The position numbers and the translations under genes were made by a program. Below are positions 54,656 through 64,000 of a stretch of DNA of 64,000 nt, piece after piece. Below the pieces are notes generated by a model. The model saw only the letters and a program-made list of their open reading frames with translations, had not been told where the DNA came from and ran no database searches. The DNA is from Octopus sinensis (lineage: Eukaryota), in the NCBI RefSeq assembly GCF_006345805.1, contig NC_043001.1:62682001-62746000 (forward strand), written 5' to 3'. Within the stretch, counting starts at the first letter, position 1. Every line of letters begins with the position of its first letter.

Positions 54656-56639
54656 TAAATGTGTGTGTATAGGTAGGTATCTCAGGTCGTTTGTGAGCCC
54701 TTACCATTCAATACATGCTGCACGAGTTTGTCATTAATGACTAAACAACCGGTATAATCAACTGTTTAGATTGGTGAGAAGAGTTATTAGACACACAAGA
54801 CAAAAACAATATTTGCAAAAACGACAGATAAATGATTAACTACAGAGTGAGGTCTTAGTAATTCTGGACTGATGAACAGAGAAACTGCAAGACTACTAGG
54901 AGCGAGGTACCCCTTATAGGAATGTTTGTTTGTGTGTGTATATGGACCCTTATGATGCTATGGCTGTAAATAAACAGATATGTGGTGCTCATTTTCAGCC
55001 TTTTGTGAAAAACGTCTAGCCAAAGGGAAATATCAACTTGCTTGGAAACAGTTGAGAATTGACAATGAGAAGGACATCTGACCATAGAAAATCTGCCCCA
55101 AGTTCCATTTGATCCATGTGAGAATGGAGAAGTGGATGTTAAACAATGGTGATAAGGTAGATATGTGTACATATTAGAACAAGCAAGGGAGGTGTGGGGA
55201 TTTGTTTTCTACAAGATGAGGGTTTAGAGTATGAGAAAAGAGGAACATAGGTTCTTGAAGAAGAGCTGCAGGGCTACACACAATTAGTAGGGGAGAGAGA
55301 GAGTGATGAGTAGGAGCTACAGAAAGATAGGAGATGAAGTGTTCAGGTGGTCTCTTAAGGATTGTGATAAGTAGGTGGGTGAGGCTGTTGTAAGATTGTA
55401 TTAAGAACAGAAGACAAAGGGATGAAGAGGCAGCTTGTAGCTGTAAAAGAAGTTAGAGTTGAAGAGTAATGACAGATGAATCATGAATTGGGGAGGATAG
55501 AGATGCAGAAGAAAGCTGGTGGAGGGAAAAGCGGCAGGATAGTAACGATACAGTTGACAGGCAGAAAAAGGACAAATGTGGCAGTGTGGCTAAGAAGCTT
55601 GCTTCCCAATTACATAGTTTCAGGTTCAATGCCACTGCATAGCATCTTGGGCAAGTATCTTCTACTAAAGCTCCAGGCCAATGAAAGCCTTGTGAATTTA
55701 GTAGACTGAAACAGAATGAAGCCTGTCATTTTTTATCTTTTGTTTCAGTTATTAGACTGCAGCCATGCTGGGGAACTGCCTTGGAGAGTTTTTTCGTTGA
55801 ATGAATCACCACCAGTACTTAATTTTTTAAGTATGGTACTTATTCTATTTGTCTCTTTTGCCAAACTACCCAGAGGAGTGTAAACACATCAGCACTAGTT
55901 GTCAAGTGGTGGTGGAAGACAAACACAGACATAAAAGCACACACGTTTCCATCCACCAAATTCACTCACAAGGTTTCAGTTGGCCCAAGGCTATAGTAGA
56001 AGACACTTGCCCAAGGTGCCAAGCAGTGGGACTAAACCCAGAACCATGTAGTTGGAAAGCAAGCTTCTTACCACAGTCACACCTGCACCTATATATCTTT
56101 GTGTGTGTGTGTGTGTCTCCCCTTCTTTTGACATTACATTGAGAGAAAGAGAGAGATGTAAAAGTGAATCATTACAGAAAATTCTATTTTCAATTACTGC
56201 TGCCCTTGTAAATTCTGTTAACTTTACTTCATGAATTATGATTTTTTCAGTTCTCTTCTAAATATTTTAGTTCTTTGAATAATGTAAAATGATCCTTGGG
56301 AATTTTATGTGCTAATCATCTGTCATTGTGAAATGTGTTGAAAAACTGCAGAAGAAAATTTTGAATCAGAAGAAGAGTCTAGGATCTAAAAGATTAATGG
56401 TTATTGGCACAAAGGCCAAAACCTAATAGGGACACTGATTATAACATCACCCTTATAAAGGGTTTTTAAAAAATCGAATAAACTAAATTGTACATTACAT
56501 TGCACTACAAAATATATCTACAGATTTTAGTCAACACTGTAATGGTTATGCTGTACATGCAACATATTTGTGCACAGAAAAAGAAAGATCAACCAGGCTA
56601 GTTTCAATCCAGTGTTGGGATTTCATCAGTGACTAAGTA

Positions 56640-57520
56640 CCTTCTTTAACAGTCCATAGAGATATTGATTACAGACTCATGACAGATCTAATTATTGTGG
56701 TCGAATCTGTCATAGATTTATAGAAGAAATTCCAAATGTGGAAGCAAAGCATGAGAATCAAAAATAAAATCCTAGCAAAACTACTGTTTAACAGGAAAGA
56801 AAGGTAAGGCTCTATTATCTTCTGTAAAATAACCATAATATGTAGAAATGGTGTAAGTAGGAATTCCATATGGTGTACTCTAACTATGGGTGCACACGAG
56901 ATACAATGAGATTACAGACAGGTTGACAGACAAGGTAGATTTGCTGTGTAGATGTACAGCAGTAGTTAGCTGTAAAGGAATACATGAAATAAATTCCTTC
57001 AAAGCTCAGAAAGTGTCTTGGAAATAGTTCATAGTTTTTATTACTTAAGTAATGTTTGGAAAACATTGCCAAAGGAATGGCTGTTACTTTTGCTGAAAAC
57101 GAAAGATTACTATTTCAGACTGAAGGGTAGACAGTATGAAGCACAATGTTGTATGGTAGTGAGTTGTAGGACTTGCAAGGAGAAGATTTACAAAATCTTG
57201 GAAGTAATAAGGCAAGCATATTTAATTATCACCTTGAATAATGTTATTGTGCATGAACAGAGTATAGATGACATGAGAGGAGTTAAAAACTAAGGTACAA
57301 GAGGAATCAGTTGTAGCGTGCAAAAAAGAAGACTGTGTGATGTGAATGGCAGTTGGGTAAAAATGCGCCCAATGTAGATGCCGCTTGTAGAAATGGGCAA
57401 CAAAGGAATATATAAGATGAAGTAGTGAAGATTGATCTCAAGAAACTGAACCTCACAAAGAAGATAAAGGACTACTGTTTGGTGAAATGTTGCACTGGAA
57501 ATGTTTGCTCAACCCAGGCA
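56640..57520 (+). mobile_element. Highly decayed RTE 3' ORF fragment
   Basis: Colinear similarity to 53310-54240 (GAATTCCATATGGTGTAC, CTGAAGGGTAGACAGTATGA). Confidence 0.6.
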
Positions 57521-57813
57521 AGCATAAAAATAACAGTGGTGATAGAGGTTGGGATGAATAATAGACATTTGGATCTCTTGTCTATTATGTACATGATAAG
57601 TTTCCTTAATATGAATAGTTGATAACATTAGCAACCACACTTCCCAATCATGCCCCACCTCTCTCCTATGAAAGATGGAAAGGCATTGAATCTGTGTATA
57701 CTCAATCTGTCACTACCATCACCCTCTTTAGTACCAGCCATCACTCTCTCTCCAATTAATTCCACTCCTGTCACACATCAACAGCTATCACCTATAATTT
57801 GTAAACCAAACAC

Positions 57814-58109
57814 GTGTTTGTTCCTTCTCGAGCCATGCCTGGCTCATAAGGGCCGGTTTCCCGGTTTCTTGGGGTATAGGTTCCCCACCTGGACGGGACG
57901 CCGGTCCGTCGCAGGTGAGCTGCAAGATGCAGGAGGAAAGAGTGAGAGAAAGTTGTAGCGAAAGAGTCAGCAGAAGTTTGCCATTACCTTCTGCCGGAGC
58001 CGTGTGGAGCTTAGGTGCTTTCGCTCATAAACACACACATCGCCCGATCTGAGGTTCAAACCCGCGATCGCTCGACCGCTGCTCTAACCACTAGGCCATG
58101 TGCCTCCAC
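57814..58109 (-). mobile_element. Third tRNA-SINE family, young and CpG-rich
   Basis: Minus strand starts GTGGAGGCACATGGCCTAGTGGTTAGAGC (A box), then GGTTTGAACC (B box) and central CCTGCGACGGACCGGCGTCCCGTCCAGG. TSD-like AACCAAACAC / AACCAATCAC. Confidence 0.85.
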
Positions 58110-59082
58110 TAACCAATCACTATCACATAATCACCCATCTTCACCCTCTCACTGATTTATTGATATACATCACATTCTCTCACTTATCCATCGCCCTGTA
58201 TCTGACTGTCTCTTTTCCCATCACATAGTTCATAATGTTTCCATTCAATTTCCTTGCTAACAACCCACATGCAGCTGCCAATCACAAACTGTCTTTCTTT
58301 ACTCTCTCTCTCTCTCTATCATTTTACTAATGTCACTCCTATTCAATCTCTTTACCAACAACTGTTATCAGTCTTTTACCTTTCCATAACACTATCATAT
58401 CAACCACTTGCTCTCACTCTCCATCCACAGGAGAAAAAAGAAACAATAAAAGAGAAATACAAGGAAGAGAGGTTGAAAGAACTCTAGCACTGGTGACTGA
58501 ATGGAGACAACACAGAGTAAAAGAAACAATTTAGCAGTGTTGGTACCATAATCAATGCAATAAATGTAAGATGGTTGGTGACAGAAAAGGGCAGCTGATT
58601 CTCATATTCCTATTTTTGTTTTGTTATTTTAATATGTTTTTTAAGAATGGGAAGGGCAATACACCTGACCCTTTCATTGGGTCTCCAAGATTAGTGGAAG
58701 ATGCAGTCCTAAAAGCTAAGTTGAATCATTGCAACAGAGACGACTCGAGGTACCCAAGGACCAGATGTTGATGCTAAACTAGGCAACAACAGAGTGGAAG
58801 GTACTGAAGGACCAGGTAGTGCTCATGGCAGTGTACCTTAAAGTAATCCTTCAATTAAATCACCAAGCTACACTTGACAATTGCCCTCAGAAAGATTTCA
58901 TACACTTTCTGATAAAAATACATTGACTAACCTTGGAGTAAATCACCATGTTTTAGTTTTCACATAAGTAACTTTCACCATTGTAAATCAGCAGTAATCT
59001 CCTCTAATCTAGCAATTATTTCCAACATTACATCAATTTGAAAGCTATTTCACTGATGAAATACATACAAATATATACTTAC

Positions 59083-59236
59083 AGGTGCAATTAAGCAAGT
59101 GCTGTCTAGATAATGTGTTTTGTAAAATGCCAATAAACTGGGCATACTATTGAATTCATGATCACCAATCTTAAATGTTGCAACTCCACCTTGTTGAGAC
59201 CTATTGATTATATAATGGCTCATCTTGCAGTCTTCT
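59083..59236 (-). CDS. CRK: Crk SH2 C-terminal exon
   Basis: tttcag|A EDCKMSHYIINRSQQGGVATFKIGDHEFNSMPSLLAFYKTHYLDSTCLIAP|gtaagt. Crk-typical SHYIIN, IGD.EF and FYK.HYLD motifs. Confidence 0.94.
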
Positions 59237-59589
59237 CTGAAAATAAACAAATAAAGAGCTGCATTAACATTTTAAAGTTTCAATAAAATTCAATGTTAAA
59301 ATTTCTTTCAAAAAATGAATAAAGCATAATTATTTAAATTTCATTAAAAAATATTTTAAATACTGAACCTATATTTTAAGACATTCCAAGTCATTATCTT
59401 CAACAAATAGAATGAAATGTTAGTAGAAAAACAACTGTTTCTAATTTTTCATTTGATTTACTGAAGAAATGGTAAAAAAAAAACCAATCTAAAACAATAT
59501 ATCTAGATAACTTTCATTTAAATTCATGTTTATTTATTATTTTAAATGGAAGGTGCTCATCAATTCAATTTTATATTAAGCAGTACAAT

Positions 59590-59592
<3 letters not shown>

Positions 59593-59639
<47 letters not shown>
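59593..59639. repeat. (GA)n microsatellite just inside a Crk intron
   Basis: About 23 GA units, roughly 14 nt from the donor site. Confidence 0.9.
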
Positions 59640-59642
<3 letters not shown>

Positions 59643-59652
59643 AACAGCTTAC

Positions 59653-59775
59653 TTCACTGATAACACAAGGTTTCCCCTCATAGTCTGGCTTTCACGAACA
59701 AGGAATATTCCACTGCTGGTTTCATTCTTCAGAATATCATTGGCTTCCTCTCGTGCCATAGGCCCAAAGAACCAA
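59653..59775 (-). CDS. CRK: Crk-family adaptor, SH2 N-terminal exon (first exon not found in the window)
   Basis: ttacag|T WFFGPMAREEANDILKNETSSGIFLVRESQTMRGNLVLSV AA|gtaagc. Contains the SH2 FLVRES motif. Confidence 0.93.
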
Positions 59776-60362
59776 CTGTAAAAAGTATACAAAGGCACAC
59801 ATAGAACACACCATAATTCTTAGTACATCTAATATATCAAGTTCATTTCTTAAACACACAAACTTGGTATATTTTTCATCTATGTCAATAAGGAATTAAA
59901 TAATTTTCCTGATAACGTAATTCACCATCTTTGCTCTAGTCATAAAATAACTCATTTAATAAAATGAGATTACACCAATGGAAGGTGTAATCTCATATGT
60001 ACATATAAATTATATGTACATATATCTAGAAAAATATTCAATGACTGCCAATCACAAGATATATCATGATAGTATTGTACCTAATAAAAGTTTATTTTAT
60101 TAGTTTATATTTTCAGTTGCCTACATCAATCAAATACCATTTTATTATCCCTTAACTAGACAGCAGTATAGTATAACTAAAGCTATGATTTTATGGATAC
60201 ACAACAATGACTCAATAAGTATGAAGGAAGAACAATGATGGTGCCTTTACTGATTCTATCTTACCCACCTCCACTGTAGCCTCAAGAATCTAAAACCATA
60301 TCAAATAGACTGGATATATTTATTATGTTCAGACTGTCATACTGTACCCCATATAATTTATA

Positions 60363-60715
60363 CAGAGTGTCCCAAAAGTCACTGATGGGTTTCAATTTTT
60401 AGTAACTTCTTTAACTTAACAAATAAATGTATGAAATTTTGTTACAATATAAAGGCCATAATGGAAATTAATATGCACATGCCAAATTTTGCAACACTAC
60501 TACATCACATATGAAAAATGACATTGTTTAAATGGCAGCCATTTTCGGCTTTGAAGCTTGTGCTCTTTCCAAAACTTGCACCATAACATCCTCAAGAACT
60601 TCAGACCCCACTTCTGATTTCTCTATTGATGTTCTCCTTCAGGTGTACCAGGATCTCTAGTTTGTTGATGTAAACCTTCTCTTTCAGGTATCCCCACAAG
60701 AAAAAATCTGAGCAA
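60363..60715 (-). mobile_element. Tc1/mariner 3' fragment
   Basis: TA|CAGAGTGTCCCAAAA terminus; minus strand reads FFLWGYLKEKVY. Confidence 0.75.
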
Positions 60716-60759
60716 AGGCCTTCAGTAATGGTATCAACATTCATTCTCTGGCTTCGTCT

Positions 60760-61700
60760 TCATAGTCCATTCAAGATCCATCAAGAGAATTGTGAATAAG
60801 TTTGAGAAAGCGGGAATAGTGGCAAGGTAAACTGGATCAGAAGGTCATAAATGCAAGGATCATCATTTCAATCTGGAGCTGAAGAGATAATATGCCTGGC
60901 ACATGAGAGAGGAGTTTCAGTAATGACAGTTCAAAGAGCAGTGTCAGCAGACTTGAAAATGAAAACATATGCGAGACCTATGAGGTAACTTGTTACTCTA
61001 GGACAAAAGGTCAGAAGGTTGGAGAGGGAGATCATCATTTTGAACAAAGTGAAAGATAATCCTGGAGTGATCCTTCACACAGATGAGAATTTCACCCAAG
61101 ATACGCATACAGATACAACAGCTGTGTTTTGGCTTCAGATCCTCCAAAGAGAGCCACAAATATCGTTTTCAGATGCAAAACCCTGTCAAAGTGAAGATTT
61201 TCACCAGCACAGCCTCCAATGGCAAGAAGGTACCATTGATCATGTTTGAGAAGGCTGAGAGACTGATAGGAGTTTATGTTCATGTTTTGAAAGATGTAAA
61301 GACTCAAATTCTTTCCGAATATCTCAAGGTAAGAGACAACGGAAATCCCTACAAGATTGCTAAGGACTTCAAGTTCACATGCCAGCAAGATGGATCTCCT
61401 TGTCATACAAGTGCAGTGGCTGAAAACTTTCTCTGGGAGGAGATTGTGAACAGGTTTTGGGATAAAGAAACTTGGCCCCTTCATCACCTGATCTGAACCC
61501 ATCTGGAATGAACTGGTCAGAAAAAACTTGTGAAAAACCCCACAATAACCTGCAAGCCCTCAAAAACTATCTGTAGGATGTGGGGAAAGCACATTGATGA
61601 AGAATTCATTAAAAAAGCTTGTGGTGCAGTCAGGAAGAGAGTTGAAGTCATTGCCAAAAGAGGAGCTACTCTGGCACTTTGAAATAAAACATTAAGCTTC
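60760..61700 (+). mobile_element. Decayed Tc1/mariner-superfamily transposase (maT-like)
   Basis: HTDENF (first D), FTCQQDGSPCHTS, FWDKETWP, then SPDLNP after a frameshift. Confidence 0.8.
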
Positions 61701-62193
61701 TATTTGAAACTTTATTCCAATCTTTTATGAGCTTCCAATTCTGAGCTATGGTTAATTATTCAAGAAAATGTCACTTCCATCCATGATCAACTTCATTACA
61801 TTTCTTCTGGTAAGCTTGGAGAGTAATCAACATTTTTCTTATTATATAATTTATACAGGGTGTCCCACATTCAGCTGCCACTGACAAACTGTCTTTCTTT
61901 ACTCTCTCTCTCTCTCTCTCTATCATTTTACTAATGTCACTCCTATTCAATCTCTTTACCAACAACCGTTATCAGTATTTTACCTTTCCATAACACTATC
62001 ATATCAACCACTTGCTCTCACTCTCCATCCACAGGAGAAAAACGAAACAATAAAAGAGAAATAAGTATGAGAAAGCAGGAATAGTGGCAAGGAAAACTGG
62101 ATCAGAAGGTCATAAATGCAAATTCCTAAGATACAAAGGTTCAAAGTTGAATATAGAATTTGAACAATCTTACTGATACACCTGGTATATGTA

Positions 62194-62262
<69 letters not shown>

Positions 62263-62574
62263 CCATTCAAAGCTATAAAGCCACGTTTTTCTAAAGTTAT
62301 TTAGAAATTTAGCTCTGTATTTAAGTGGACTAATATATTGTAAATGGGTATTTTGCAACTACTTTGAGATATAAACTTTATATCTTTATTGTCACAATAC
62401 AACATCTTATTTTTTAAATTTTCCCAAGCATTTCAATACTTTAAAACAACAAAGCCACTAATACATTTTCATTTCTTTCAGGATTGTTTCAGAAATATTT
62501 GACTCAAATGTATTCTCCATGATCCAGATTACATTTCCAGTATGCTTTAAAGCTACAAAGTTTTCCAAATTTGA

Positions 62575-63339
62575 ACGTATATTATATATGTGTATATATA
62601 TATACATGTATATACATATATATACATATATATACATATATACATACAGATACATATATATACTTATATATACATACACAATATATATATACAGATACAG
62701 ATATATACTTATATATACATATATATATAGATACTTATAAGACATATATATATAATATATATACAGATACATATATATACTTATAATACATATATATAAT
62801 ATATACTTAGATATACATATATAGATATAGATAATAGATATATATATATATACTATATATAGACATATATATATATATAGATACAGATACATATATATAC
62901 TTATATATACATATATATATATGATACTTATAGATACATATATTACATATATTAGATATACTTATATATACATAGATATACATATATATATATATACTTA
63001 TATATACATATATATACAATTATATATATATACTTATAATACATATATATACATAATATATAGATACTTATATATACATATATATATATATACAGATACA
63101 TATATATACATATATATATATAGATACATAGATATACTTATATATACATAGATTATATATACATACAATATATATACATAATATATATATACATACATAT
63201 ACATACATATATATATATATACATACATATATATAGATAACATTACATATAATAAGAATATACATACATATACATTATATACATACATACATTACATACA
63301 TATACATACATATATATACATACATAATACATACATATA

Positions 63340-63371
<32 letters not shown>

Positions 63372-64000
63372 CATACATAAATATTATACATACATAGATA
63401 TACATACATATATAGACATACATACATACTACATATACACATACATATATAGACATACATATATTACATACATACATACATATACATACATATACATACA
63501 TACATATATACACATGTATATACATATATATATATACATATATATATATACATACATACATATATATATATACATACATATATATATATATACATACATA
63601 TATATATACATACATATACATATATATACATACATATACATATACACATACATATACATATATACATACATATATACATACATATATACATACATATACA
63701 TATATACATACATATACATATATACATACATATACATATATACATACATATACATATATACATACATAGACATAATACATACATATACATATATACATAC
63801 ATAAACATATACTACCATACACACATATACATACTATAACATATACATATACATATAACATACAGATATATATATATATACATACATACATATATATATA
63901 TATAATACATACATATATATATATATAGATATATATAATACACATATATATTATATAGATACACATACATATATATATATATACATATACATACATATAT
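62575..64000. repeat. 1.4-kb compound (TA)n/(TACA)n microsatellite
   Basis: Almost entirely TA, CA and TACA units, with a higher-order ~20-bp repeat near 63600-63770. Confidence 0.97.

Noticed and set aside
58040-58109. tRNA-like sequence
   Set aside because: It is the A/B-box head of a SINE with a deleted anticodon region; no complete cloverleaf.
62160-62580. Candidate first exon of Crk
   Set aside because: No ATG-initiated Crk-like N-terminus with a phase-2 donor was found; the exon probably lies beyond the window.
62458-63996. Many Y/I/M/V/C-rich ORFs (also 25368-25620, 28312-28986, 38131-38377)
   Set aside because: These are translations of TA/TG microsatellites.

Overview
AT-rich, repeat-dense animal genomic DNA. 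The SINE/RTE repertoire and compound TA microsatellites suggest an octopus (inference). Two intron-rich housekeeping genes lie on the minus strand. SNRNP70 (U1-70K) has coding exons 1-4 at 24494-3055 and continues off the left edge. A CRK/CRKL-type SH2-SH3-SH3 adaptor has 7 coding exons at 59775-40594, with its first exon off the right edge. A 100-N scaffold gap separates them. Between and inside the genes are nested piggyBac elements, Tigger, mariner/Tc1 remnants, Merlin-type MITEs, a Penelope RT remnant, many RTE fragments and several tRNA-SINE families. The main points of interest are: (1) a near-intact CR1-group LINE whose ORF1 combines a Myb/SANT trihelix-like domain with a CCCH zinc finger; (2) a 3' hairpin shared between that LINE and the local SINEs with compensatory base changes; (3) one SINE head found on two different LINE tails; (4) a three-piece templated-insertion mosaic joined by microhomologies; and (5) an RTE insertion with a 68-bp target-site duplication. 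All family assignments come from recognising motifs by eye, not from database searches.
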